Assembly (NCBI RefSeq): GCF_009914755.1
Contig: NC_060926.1
Strand: one strand, 5' to 3'
Origin: the human T2T-CHM13v2.0 reference genome, Homo sapiens
DNA: 64,000 nt
Below are positions 19,953 through 34,131 of the stretch, in pieces. A program made the translations under genes and the position numbers. How positions within the stretch are numbered: the stretch's first letter is position 1; every line of letters starts with the position of its first letter. The notes under the pieces were generated by a model that did not search any database, had not been told where the DNA came from, and saw only the letters and a list, made by a program, of their open reading frames with translations.

Positions 19953-21830
19953 TTATTAAGATTGTTCTACCAAAAGGAGGTTATATCAAATATTAATATG
20001 TAGATGAGAATGAGCTGACTCAACTTTTTATGAAAAAGGTCAACCAGGAGGATGAAAATATTTTTGCTCAGTTTTTTGGTCCCAGAACAGAGCTCATCTT
20101 CTTTGGGTGTCCTATCCTTTGCGGAGCATTAGCCTCAGGCCCCTGAAATGCTTCTGTGAAGAGAAAAACTTGCTTGTTACAGAAGCCTCAGAGACAGATT
20201 TTAATCTCAATGAGTTACTCAGAAAGAGCAATACTGTTTTTTCTTACTTTTGTTCTTTTATAATCCTAAATGGATTCTCTCTCTTACACAGCCTCAGTCC
20301 ATGCCTCATGTAAAAGACCAATAAAAATAACTATCATGGCTCTCCCAAAGTTATAAGATGTAGTTAAAGTTGTATTTTGAGAAAAATGTATGGACTTGAA
20401 TATCTTTGCTATTAATCACAAAAAAATTTAAAATCATTAATTAAACATTCAATGTAAGAAACATAAAAATAAGCAATCAAATTTTAACTCATCTTTGATT
20501 AGTGAGAATATGGTACTGGGTTAGTTTTTAAAATACTTGTGTTCTGGAGAGACTGTTATTGGGAAAATGGCAAGATAGGAGGCAGGATTAGGTTGCAGCT
20601 CACACTCAGGTGGACCGAGTAGCATGTGGAGACTTGCATCATGCTTTTGCTCCAGAACTACTGCAGGAATATACCAGGAAAGCTGAGAGAATACACAGAC
20701 CCTCTGAAGGAAGCATATTGCTCCTGGAGGACCTGAGAGACAGGCCAAATATTGGGCTGGTATCCAGCTGAGAGACCTAAAGATGGTTCACATCACAGGA
20801 CTCTATGCAGACAACCCCAGTACCAGCCTGGAGCCTGGTAGCCCTGCTGGGTGGGCTAGATCCAGAAGAGAAATGACAATCACTACAGCTTGGCTGTCAG
20901 GAAGCCACATCCCTCAGAAAACAGGGAGAGTACTACATCAAGGGAACACCCTGTGGGACAAAAGAATTGAACAGCAGCCTTGAGTGCCAGCCCTTCCCTC
21001 TGCCATAGCCTACCCAAATGAGAAGGAACCAGAACAACAATTCTAGTAATATGACAAAACAAGGTTCTTTAACCTGCCCCAACAAAATCACACTAGCACC
21101 AGCAATAGATCCAAACCAAGAAGAAATCTCTGACTTCCCTGAAAAAGAATTCAGAAGGTCCATTATTAAGTTAATCAAGGAGGCACTAGAGAAAGGTGAA
21201 GTCCAATTTAAGGAAATCAAAAAAATGATACAAGAAGTGAGGGGAGAAATCTTCAATGAGATAGATAGCATAAATAAGAAACAGTTACAACTTCAGGAAA
21301 TAAAGGACACACTTACAGAAATGCAAAATGTTCTGGAAAGTCTCAGCAACAGAATCGAAGAAGCAGAAGAAAGAACTTCAGAGCTCAAAGACAAGGTTTT
21401 TGAATTAATCCAACGAAGACAAAGAAAAAAGAATTTTAAAAAATGAACAAAGCCTCCAAGAAGTTTAGGATTATGTTAAATAAACAAACCTAAGAATAAT
21501 TGGAGTTCCTGAGGAAGAAGATACATCTGAAAGTATGGAAAACACATTTGATGAAATAATCAAGGAAAACTTGCTAGAGACCTAAACATCCAAATACAAG
21601 AATCCCAAAGAACACCTGGGAAATTCATTGCAAAGAGATCATTGCCTAGGCACATTGTCATCAGGCTATCTAAAGTCAAGAGGAAGGAAAGAATCTTAAG
21701 AGCTGTGAGGCAAAAGCACCAGATAACCTATAAAGGAAAACCTCTCAGATTAACAGCAGATTTCTCAGCAGAAACCCTACAAGCTAGAAGGGATTGAGGC
21801 CCTATGTTCAGCCTCATAATTAATTTCCAT

Positions 21831-21968
21831 AAATAAATGGAAATTAAATAACCTCCTGAATTATCATTGGGTCAACAGCAAAATCAATATGGAAATTTAA
21901 AATTGAACTGAACAATAATAGTGACACAACCTATCAAAACCTCTGGGATACAGCAAAGGCAATGCTAA
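21831..21968 (+). repeat. 138-bp direct duplicate of 23051-23188
   Basis: 137/138 identical by direct comparison (t21888 vs g23108). Confidence 0.95.
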
Positions 21969-22078
21969 CAAAACAAAACAATTACCAGCCAAGAATTTTG
22001 TATCCAGTGAAACTAAGCTTCATAAATAAAGGAAAGATACAGTCTTTTTCAGACAAACAAATGCTGAGAGAATTCACC

Positions 22079-22181
22079 ACTACCAAGCCAGCACTCCAAG
22101 AACTACCAAGCCAGCACTCCAAGAACTACCAAGCCAGAACTACAAGAATTTGCCACTCACCACCAAGCCAGCACTACAAGA
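22079..22181 (+). repeat. 23-bp tandem repeat (actaccaagccagcactccaaga) x3 plus a displaced 4th copy
   Basis: Units at 22079, 22102, 22125 and 22159. Confidence 0.9.
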
Positions 22182-24163
22182 GCTGAAAGGAGCTCTAAAT
22201 CTTGAAACAAATCCTGGAAACACATCCAAACAGAACCTCTTTAAAGCATAAATCTCACAGGACCTATAAAACAAAATACAATTTAAAAAAAAAGCAAGGT
22301 ATATAGGCAACAAATAACACAATGATTGGAATAGTACCTCACATTTCAATACTAACATTGAATGTAAATGGCCTAAATGCTCCACTTAAAAGATACAGAA
22401 TTGCAGAATGGATAAGAATTCACCAACCAAGTATCTGCTGCCTTCAAGAGACTCGCCTGACACATAGGAACTCACATAAATTTAAGGTAAAGGGGTGGAA
22501 AAAGACATTCCATGCAAATGGACACCAAAAGCAAGCAGAAGTAGCTATTCTTACATCAGACAAAGCAAACATAAAAGCAACAGCAGTTAAAAAAGACAAA
22601 GGGTGACATTATATAATGATAAAAGGCCTTGCCCAACAGGAAAATTTCACAATCTTCAATATACATACACCTAACACTGGAGCTCCCAAATTTATAAAAC
22701 AATCACTACCAGACCTAAGTAATGAGATATACAGCAACACAATAATAGTGGGAGACATCAGTACTCCACTGACAGCACTAGACAGGACATCAAGACAAAG
22801 TCAACAAAGAAACAATGGATTTAAACTATACCCTGGAACAAATGAACTTAACAGATATTTACAGAACATTCTACCCAACAACTGCAGAATATTCATCAGT
22901 GCATGGAACTTTCTCCAAGATAGACTATATGATAGGCCATAAAACAAGTCTCAATAAATTTAAGAAAATTGAAATTATATCAAGTACTCTCTCAGACCAC
23001 AGTGGAATAAAACTGGAAATCAACTCCAAAAGGAACCTTCAAAACCATGCAAATAAATGGAAATTAAATAACCTCCTGAATTATCATTGGGTCAACAGCA
23101 AAATCAAGATGGAAATTTAAAATTGAACTGAACAATAATAGTGACACAACCTATCAAAACCTCTGGGATACAGCAAAGGCAATGCTAAGGGGAAAGGTCA
23201 CAGCCTAAATGCCTACATCAAAAAGTATGAAAGAACACAAATAGACAATCTAAGGTCACACCTCAAGGAACTAGAGAAACAAGAACAAACCAAACCCAGC
23301 AGAAGAAAGGAAATAACCAAGATGAGAGAATAACTAAATGAAATTGAAGGAAAAAAAATACAAAAAATAAATGAAACAAAAAGCTGGTTGTTTGAAAAGA
23401 TAAATAAAATTGATATATCATTAACAAGATTAACCAAGAAAAGAAAAGAGAAAATCCAAATAAGCTTAATTAGAAACAAAACAGGAAATATTACAACTGA
23501 CACCACAGAAATACAAAAGATCATTCAAGGCTACTATTAACACCTTTACATGCATAAACTGGAAAACGGAGAGGAGATAAATTCCTTGAAAGACACAACC
23601 CTCCCAGCTTAAATCAGGAAGAATTAGAAACCCTGAACAGACAACTAAGTAGTGAGACTGAATCAGTAATAAAAAAATTGCCAACAAAAAAAAGTCCAGG
23701 ACCAGATGGAGTCACAGCTGAATTCTATCAGGCATTCAAAGAAGAATTGGTACCAATCCTATTGACACTATTCCACAAGATAGAGAAAGAGGGAATCCTC
23801 CCTAAAACATTCTATGAAGCCAGTATCACCCTAATAACAAAACCAGGAAAGGACATAACAAAAAAAGAAAACTACAGACCAATATCCCTGATGAACATCA
23901 ATGCAAAAATCCTTAACAAAATACTAGCTAATCGAATCCAACAGCATGTCAAAAAGATAATCCACCATGATCAACTGGGTTTCATACCAGGGATGCAGGA
24001 ATGGTTTAACATATGCAAGCCAATAAATGTCTTTCACCACATAAACAGAATTAAAAACAAAAATCACATGATCATCTCAGTAGACGCAGAAAAAGCATTT
24101 GATGAAATCCAGCATCCCTTTATGATTAAAACCCTTAGCAAAATCAGCATACAAGAGACATAA

Positions 24164-24430
<267 letters not shown>

Positions 24431-25925
24431 TAAAAGCTCTTAGAACTGATAAATGAATTCAGCAAAGTTTCAGGATACAAAATTAATGTACACAAATCAG
24501 TAGCTCTGCTGTACACCCAACAGTGACCAAGATGAGAATCAAATCAAGAACCCAACACCTTTTATAATAGCTGCAAAAAATAAAGTATTTAGGAATACAC
24601 CTAACCAAGGAGCTGAAAGACCTCTACAAGGAAAACTACAAAACACTGCTGAAAGAAATCATACATGACATACACAAATGGAAATATATCCCATGCTCAT
24701 GGATGGGTAGAATCAATATTGTGAAAATGACCATACTGCTAAAAGCAATCTACAAATTCAATGCAATTCCCATCAAATACCACCATCATTCTTCACAGAA
24801 CTAGAAAAAACAATCCTAAATTTCATATGGAGCCAAAAAAGAGCCTGCATAGCCAAAGTGAGACTAAGCAAAAAGAACAAATCTGGAGGCATCACACTAC
24901 CTGATTTCAAACTATACTATAAGGCCATAGTCACCAAAACAGCATGGTACTGGTATAAAAACTGGCCCATGGACCAATGAAACAGAATAGAAAACCCATA
25001 AATAAAGCCAAATACAGCCAACTGATATTTGACAAAGCAAACAGAAACATAAAGGGGGAAAGGATACTCTATTCAACAAATGGTGCTGGGATAATTGGCA
25101 AGCCACATGTAGGAGAATGAAACTGGATCCTCATTTCTCACCTTATAAAAAAATCAACTCAAGATGGATCAAGGACTTAAATCTAAGACCTGAAACTTAA
25201 AATTCTAGAAGATAACATCAGAAAAACCCTTCCAGACATTGGCTTAGGCAGAGATTTCGTGACCAAGAACCCAAAAGCAAATGCAACAAAAACAAAGATA
25301 AATAGATGGGACTTAATTAAACTAAAGAGCTTTTGCACAGCAAAAGGAACAGTCAGCAGAGTAAACAGACAACCCACAGAGTGGGAGAAAATCTTCAGTC
25401 TATATATCCGACAAAGGACTAATATCCAGAATCTATGACGAACTCAAACAAATTAGCAAGAAAAAAAAAAACACCAAAGAGTGGACTAAGGACATGCATA
25501 AACAATTCTCAAGCAAAGATACACAAATGGCCAACAAACATGAAACAATGGTCAACATCACTAGTGATCAGGGAAATGCAAATCAAAACCACAATGTGAT
25601 ACCACCTTACTCCCACAAGAATGGCCATTATCAAATAATCAAAAAATAATTGATGTTGGTGTGGATGTAGTGAAAAGGAAACACTTCTACACTGCTGGTA
25701 GGAATGTAAGCTGTACAAACACTATGGAAAACAGTGTGGAGATTTCTTAAGAACTAAAAGTAGAACTACCATTTGATCCAGCAATCCCACTACTGGGTAT
25801 CTACCCAGAGGAAAAGAAGTCATTATATGAAAAAGATACTTGTACATGCATGTTTATAGCATCACAATTGCAAAAATGTGGAACCAGCCCAAATGCCCAT
25901 CAATCAATGAGTGGATAAAGAAACT

Positions 25926-26029
25926 GTAGTGTGTGTATGTATGTATATGTGTGTATATATATGTATATGTGTATATGTGTGTGTATGTGTGTGTGTATAT
26001 ACACACACACACATATACATACATACACA
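25926..26029. repeat. Compound (TG/TA/CA)n microsatellite within L1PB
   Basis: About 100 bp of alternating purine-pyrimidine sequence. Confidence 0.95.
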
Positions 26030-26724
26030 ATGGAATACTACTCAGCCATAAAAAGGAATGAATTAATGGCATTCACAGCAACCTGGATGGAACTGGAGAC
26101 CATATTCTAAGTGAAGCAACTCAAGAATGGAAAACCAAACATCGTATATTCTCACTCATAAGTGGGAGCTAGGCTATGAGGATGCAAAGGCATAAGAATG
26201 ATATGATGGACTTTGGGGACTCAGGGGAAAGGGTGGGAAAGGGGTGAGGGATACAAGACTACAAATTGGGTTCATTGTATACTGCTTGGGTGATGGTTGC
26301 ACCAAAATCTCACAAATCACCATTAGAGAACTTATGTAACCAAATACCACCTGTTCCCCAAAAACCTGTGGGAATAAAACATTTTTTAAAAAATAACTAT
26401 CACGTGGCTTTTCCTGTTTTGACGTCTTTTTAATCATAATCCTGTAAATGGGCCTAAGGCAACACTCATTATAACCTATGCCCCACTGATGTTCTAAGTT
26501 AAATGAAAAATATATTTCTTAAATATATATGCTAATGTCTATTAAGGCCTATAAAGAGACCCAAAGATAAACATCATGTTCATTGATTCAGTACTTACAC
26601 CAAGTAATGAAGTCATTGGTAACCAGCAATTTATTAATATTATCAAGCACTCTGGAATGGGTATATGGGATTCTTGGTTTATTTATTTATTTTTACCTTT
26701 GTTCAAATATGTAGAAAATGCTGA

Positions 26725-27102
<378 letters not shown>

Positions 27103-28184
27103 TAATTACTCACTTTTCATTCAACAAGATTTATTGAAAGTCTGGTGGGGGAAATAGACATGCAAACAATTTCAGTACTCTGTGAGCACTGAGTTAAAGA
27201 GGGTGTATACAAGGTCCCATAGAGAGAATATTCTGCCTTATGGAGTTCAGGAAAACTTCAGAGGTTATGATTCTTTCACTTCTTGAAAGAAATAAAATAA
27301 ATTAATCCATTCTTTCATTGTATATTTGTTTTAAATTTCAGTATTGATGGTTGTCTCTGTAATTCCAAAATTCTAGTGGGGGCATTATATTATAGGACCA
27401 CAATAAATATTTGTTGAATTAATTAATCTGAGCCACTGTATGGGTCTGATAGGACACCTAACTCAGTGGAATTATGGTTATGCAGGTGGCCTCACCTGAA
27501 AAATAAGTCTAAAAGTGTGATTTTTCTTGTCCCCAGAGGAGTGATCTTTCCTGAGTAAAGTTAAAGCATGTTGATAAAAGTGTGGATAATTGTACAGGTG
27601 TATCCCGACTTTGGAAAATGAGTGTAACTTCTATAAACAATTTAGCCAAAGAAATAGGCTCAGTTCCCCCATCTCATGATAATCACTCCCTTTTATTTGA
27701 TAAGTCACGTCAGCTTTGTCTGGAGTAGCTTCAGAGGACACATAAAAATAAAGGGGAAAGATTTAAAAATAAGGGTCATTTGAGTAATTCCCCTTTCAGA
27801 AAATTTGTTGAACTGTTAATTAATCTCACTTTGTAAGCTAACATAAAATCTTTGTGAAATTTTAACCAAATCTGGTTCTTTACTGATAACCATATGCATG
27901 CTAGTCCATGCATGATCCTATTTATTAATTTATCAAGATAATAAACTCACATCATTACTCTGCTCAGTCAAGAACCAGATATTGTGGTGGGAGATGCATA
28001 TGGAGGATTTTAATACCTTAAAGCAAGAAGACTAAACAGGAGAAAGGATGATTTTAATATCTGCTGCTTGAGTAGCAATATTTTCATTACTTTGTGTACT
28101 CATCCTCATTTTCACAGAAGCCACATAAAATTTTTGATGTGGCGCTTTTTTTCTGGTATGTTAGGATTAATAAATTTTTTTCTG

Positions 28185-28500
<316 letters not shown>

Positions 28501-29085
28501 TGTTTCTGGTATGTTAGGATTAATAAAAACTGGCAGGTATGCTGTAGTTATTCTTAGAAGTCATTATACTAAGTTTCTTTTTCTTTCATTGTAGAATCAC
28601 AGAAATGAACATTTTTATTTGGGTGTTCAGCCAAAAAGTGATGGGTACTAATTTGGGGGAGAATCCATTTAAATTTTTTTTTATTTGTACAACCAATATG
28701 GCATTTATGGAAATTGCTGCTGGTGATGTTCTACTCATGGTTATTTACAGTTGGTTACACAAGTGCTTGTTTACATTCACTTCTTTATGTGGATGTTCTG
28801 TCTTATCTAACTTTTGGTGCACATTTTGAAATACCAAATATATATCAGGACTCTTAATTACAGGACATTCTTTCCCAGCTCTGCCTCCAAGGATAAGAAC
28901 CCCTTATTTACCTCCTGTTAGACAAAGTGTCTTCTGGCTCTTGGATTCTGTGGTCTTAGCAAGCGGCCTGAGTTTCAGTTATTCCATAGTGCTTGCCCAG
29001 CGACTTGCCACATGGCTTGGGGGGCTCAGTAAATATTTGCTGATGTAAACTGTTTACCAAGTACTAACAGACATTTTGGTAGTAA

Positions 29086-29535
<450 letters not shown>

Positions 29536-31370
29536 GGGCATCCTGCTCATCTCACACCCTGCATGGAATCAGGCTCCTCAGCCAGGACACAGGGTGAGGC
29601 CCCCCAGCCAGGATATGCCTCCCCTGGAGGAGCACAGCACTGCATATGCTTCTAAATATCTAAACTCATTAACATGGAAACACACACACAGGAGCTACAG
29701 TACATATTGGCAGGAAAAGGTAAACTTTCGTAATCTCATTGGAATTACAACAGGGAAATGGAGTTCAATGAGGACTTTCAGTTCTTTGCTTGGTTAGGTT
29801 AAGGATGATAGAATTTCTCTGCCAGTGCAGTAAGAGTTGAAACCGGCAGTTACACTAAGTAAGTGGAGGGAATGAAAGTGTTTCGAGGTGAATGTGGATA
29901 TAATTTCCCTCTTCTGATTATTTATTCTTATTTGGTTCCTAACACAAACTGGGAAGAGATAGAATTCATCTATACTTTCTTTTTTCTTGGAGAGAACCGT
30001 TTAAAAAATTACAAGATATATTTAAAAAGTAACCAGATAAAAGTAGCACATGTGCTTTTGTTAAAAATAAAGTTAAAAGTTAAAGTTAAAAAATGAAGTT
30101 AAAAGTTTCATCAGAAACTTTACATATCTTTAGCAAATATATTTTTATATGTGTATGGCATATAATGGAAATAATTCTTTGAGCAACAGAAGCTATTATT
30201 AACTACTGCAAGCTAAGCCGAGCTTAAAAATGCCTTTTGTTTTAAATGGGCTTTGAGAAAAAAAACAGAAACAAGCGATTATTTCAAATCAACCAACCAA
30301 CTCAGTATCCTGTGTTTTGATAGACAAGAGTTTACTAAATATATTGATACTGTAAATAGCCTCTCTCGCTATTTACTATCTTATAGTAATTCAGGCTCTA
30401 ATTAGCTGAGGGAATGAAACACACAAAAATCACTGAATTCCTAAGAGTTCCTTAAATAAGCAGTACTAGTTACAAATCACAGTATAAGATTTAAGTGCCT
30501 GGGGGAAGGATACAATTTTTAGAAATTACATATTGGGTCAGTTTTGTTTTGTTTTTGGTGAGGAAAAGGTGGTAAATAGGAAACCATGAATGGGAAGGAT
30601 GGCAATAAGTAGCAACTATACTTTCCAATGACTAAAGAAAGAAAATCTCAGTATATTCGTTCTCATGAAGACACAGTCAGACACTGGACAATGTAATGTA
30701 TGCAACTGCAAACGTTACAACTGCAGCCAGAACAATGGCTGGGTGGATCGCACGTAAAGCTTGCCACTAAAAATCAAAGCAGAGGTTAACAGGAAACCTG
30801 GGGGGAGTGTGGAAAAGGGAAAACTGTTTTAGCTGAATAAAGGTGAATTATATAATTTATAATAGCTGTGGATGAGCACAGGAGAGAGAGGAAAGAAAAG
30901 AACAGTCGAAATGAGCAACTCACCTTACCCTCTGACCCTGATTAGACAGGATCAATTGTAAAGTGAGGGCTTCTCCATGACACCATAGTTCTGCCCAATA
31001 CTGCATTTGGGATAAGAAATTCTACACTTGGATGTCTCGCTTCACAATAAAACACAGCTTAAAAATAAAATAACTGAAAGAAATAGAATTCAGCAAATAG
31101 TTATTTTTTGCACTTGAACTGAAACGTACTGTACTGTAAATTATGACTCATTTTAAGTGACCTTTAAAATCAGATGTATTTATTATGCTTGTGTAATTAT
31201 AGAAATAAAGAAATGGGTGACAGGCTTAACCTCACCTATGAATGTACAGTATGTGGATTTGTGAAACTGACTGTAGGAAGTCAAAAACTTGTACTGTATC
31301 TTGTGTTTACAGTTCTGATTTATTCCTTTGAAAAGCCTGCTGTTTTGGAAATGCACAGTTGACATGTTGA

Positions 31371-31376
31371 AATAAA
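31371..31376 (+). terminator. Candidate MFSD6 poly(A) signal AATAAA
   Basis: Hexamer with T-rich downstream sequence; other AATAAA at 30066, 30836, 31046, 31064, 31204. Confidence 0.5.
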
Positions 31377-31609
31377 AATGAATACCATTTTTAAATGTTT
31401 CTTAAATGATAAAGATGTGACCAAACAAAAGTCCTATACTCTAATGAATGAGACCAAATTCAACATGCCTTTGTTATGGAACATTTACTGTGACAGCAGA
31501 ATCGATAATGCAGTCATTTCCAGCCTTGTGAGCTGACACCTTCATGGGTTTGTGGACTTTGTGACTTTTTCTTCCTGTCCCCAAAGTGCCATATGCTACC
31601 TTAAAAAAT

Positions 31610-31615
31610 ATTAAA
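31610..31615 (+). terminator. Candidate distal MFSD6 poly(A) signal ATTAAA
   Basis: Followed by U/GU-rich attttgatttgagattttgt. Confidence 0.55.
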
Positions 31616-32617
31616 GTGAATTCAAATTACATTTTGATTTGAGATTTTGTAACCCCTCTTGAGATCCCTCAACACACACAGGGGTGTCACAGAGCCCAGG
31701 CTGGTAATCACTGCCTTAATGACTTACTTCCTACTCTTTCTCCTATGGTTGTAGAAACAGTAAATTACCGAGTGCTGAGCTTGTGTGGATCCAAAGTGGT
31801 TAACTGCTAATTATTGAACTATTCCTCAAGTTTTAGGAATAGATTATAATACATACATTGTCCAGCAGGCAGTAAACCTCATGAAAAGTGTTAAGGAATT
31901 CACAGGAAGAGCAACCCTGCTTTACTGGCTTATTAATCCTGCCATGGGTCACATGAAGTGGATAGCTGGCTAATAGCTTCCCTCTAATTGGCAATTCCTT
32001 CCAGTACTGCTGAGGTACTGAGACCATTACTTAGGCAATATTCCTCTCTGCCAATTTGGAGTTCAGCAGGGAATCTAGGAAAAGGGAACCACATCCGTGG
32101 ATATTGGGTGCTTGTAGTGTGCTGATGAGATTATCATTTTGCCCTTAACAAAAACTGGAGGTGTTCCTATCACTATCCCCATTTTAAACAAGAGAATTCT
32201 GAAGCTAACAGTTTAAGTTATGAGATCAAGGTCACAAAGCCAGGATTCAAACTCAAATCTTCCTAATGTCAAAGCCCTGGTCCGCTTAGCACCTTACCCC
32301 ACCCCAGGAGGCAGGGAGGCCATTCCCTGCATCTGTTATGGCAGAGGAAGCCATAAAGCAGCCCAGCCTGAACCATTACCATACATGCCTGATATGTGTA
32401 TGTGTGTGGTTGTATTTCCATTTAGGATTTCTAGATATTCCTAGATTCCTAGAAATCCTTCAAATTCCTGATGCTTTGTGAAATGTAGGTACACCAGACC
32501 CTTTACACTCTGCAGGTGAGTTGGCTGGACTGATAACTGCACAGGAAACCCAGAGGTTGGTAGGGACTCTGGCCAGGGCCATGGAAATCAGGAAGGGAAA
32601 GCAGACACACCCACAGC

Positions 32618-32803
32618 TCTGTACTGTCCGGTAGGACTTACTGGGAAGATGGGAAGTTCTCTATTTACACTGTCCAGGATGGTAACCATAAGCCATATGT
32701 GGCTATTAAACAACTGACATGTGGCTAATTTTCTGGGGAATTAGGTTTCTAATTAATTTTAAATAGCCACACGTGGCTCAAGGCTACCATACTGGACAGC
32801 ACG
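32618..32803. mobile_element. MER3-like hAT-Charlie MITE
   Basis: ctgtcc...agccatatgtggcta...aatagccacacgtggct...ctggacagcac palindromic structure. Confidence 0.7.
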
Positions 32804-33394
32804 GGTATACAGGAAGAGATCCTTTCGGGAGATCTCTGGGCCTGTTTCCTCAGCTTCAGTGTGAGAGGTTAGAGCTTAAGGTTATGTTGATTCTATGAAA
32901 ATGAAGGTATGCTTTGACAGTGACTGTAGGGAAGAAAGAGGTGATTTTCCATTTGGAAGTTCTTCAGCCCTTTGGAGCATGGAGACAAGACAAAGGCTAC
33001 TTCTGAAGCCCCAAACCACTCCTGGGCTTGTTTAGCAAAGCCTTGAGAATATCTGGCTTAAGAATTCCAAACCATGGGGCAGTTGGGAGAGAGGCTGGTG
33101 CCTAGGTGGGGACAGAAAAGGGGTGAAAGGGGGAGTGGTTTGTCAGATCTCAGAAAGTAATTTACACTATGCCAGGACAAACTGTGGCTTCTTATAAGGG
33201 AGTAACTGGAAACTTGCTGATGTCTAACATGGGGGGAAAGTGAGCCAGTCCGGCTAAGTGCCAGTCCAGCTGTGTACCTAACTCTCAACCAGCTGCCATC
33301 TGCTTCAAGCAGCTAATATAGGACCACTTGTCCCCCACTGTGGCTCCAGGAAAGTCCCAGTTTTTAGATGGCAACCCAAGGACCTTACAATGTT

Positions 33395-33600
33395 GGGGTT
33401 AGGAGTGTGCGCCCTGGAGTCACACTGTTTGCATTTGAGTCCCAGCTCTGCCAGTGAGAACTTACACACACATAGAACATCTCTGGGCCTCAGGACCCAC
33501 CTCTGTAAAACGGAAGTGATTACAGTAGGTATGTAACAGGTTGATGTTTAAAATGAGTTATCTGACATACAGTGTGTGCTCCATAAATACTGCCATTGTT
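33395..33600 (+). mobile_element. MIR
   Basis: ctggagtcacac...gagtcccagctctgcca...ctctgggcctcag...ctgtaaaacgg. Confidence 0.65.
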
Positions 33601-33668
33601 GTGCAGCAAAGAGCCCGGGGCAGGAGGAGCGCTGTCTCATTTCCCCAACCAGGGTCTAGTTCTATTAT

Positions 33669-33674
33669 TTTATT
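33669..33674 (-). terminator. Candidate distal NEMP2 poly(A) signal AATAAA
   Basis: tttatt on + strand; another candidate at about 36227; usage inferred. Confidence 0.4.
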
Positions 33675-34131
33675 GCCATTTAAATCTATAATCATATTCC
33701 ATTCTCCCAATCTACAGTGCCATACTATACATATTTACCTATATCTAGTAAGCTGTACAGTAAGGCATTCAATTCCAACATGCATTGTAAACATTAAGTG
33801 GTTGGGGATATGAGTTAGTTAAGAGACAAAATTAAGCAAAACTTAAGTTGAAGAGGATGGAAAAAAGTGATGATGGTGACAATTCCATAAAGTGCAAAAG
33901 TCTGCTGAGAGAGGTTATAAGTTTCATAATTTTCATTTTTCTTTTTCTTCTTAAAGGTGTCAACAAAAGTAAACAATTTTATAATCATTTAACAAATTAT
34001 ATACCATACTCTCTCCAATAGTCAGTGTAGGATGCTATTCTTTTAAATTGTAAACTTACATTTGAAAAAAGGTCGGATTTTTTTTGTTTCCTGAAAAGAT
34101 CACTGGCATCTTAGAAAAATAACATGTAGAC

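Larger units (their letters stand above)
29536..31635 (+). other. MFSD6: MFSD6 3' UTR (end inferred)
   Basis: Repeat-poor AT-rich sequence after the stop; several poly(A) hexamers. Confidence 0.7.

Noticed and set aside
22079-22181. CRISPR-like array of 23-bp repeats
   Set aside because: No unique spacers; the unit is L1 ORF1 sequence in a mammalian genome
30058-30107. Degenerate (AAGTTAA)n run in the MFSD6 3'UTR
   Set aside because: Short low-complexity repeat with no motif I can assign
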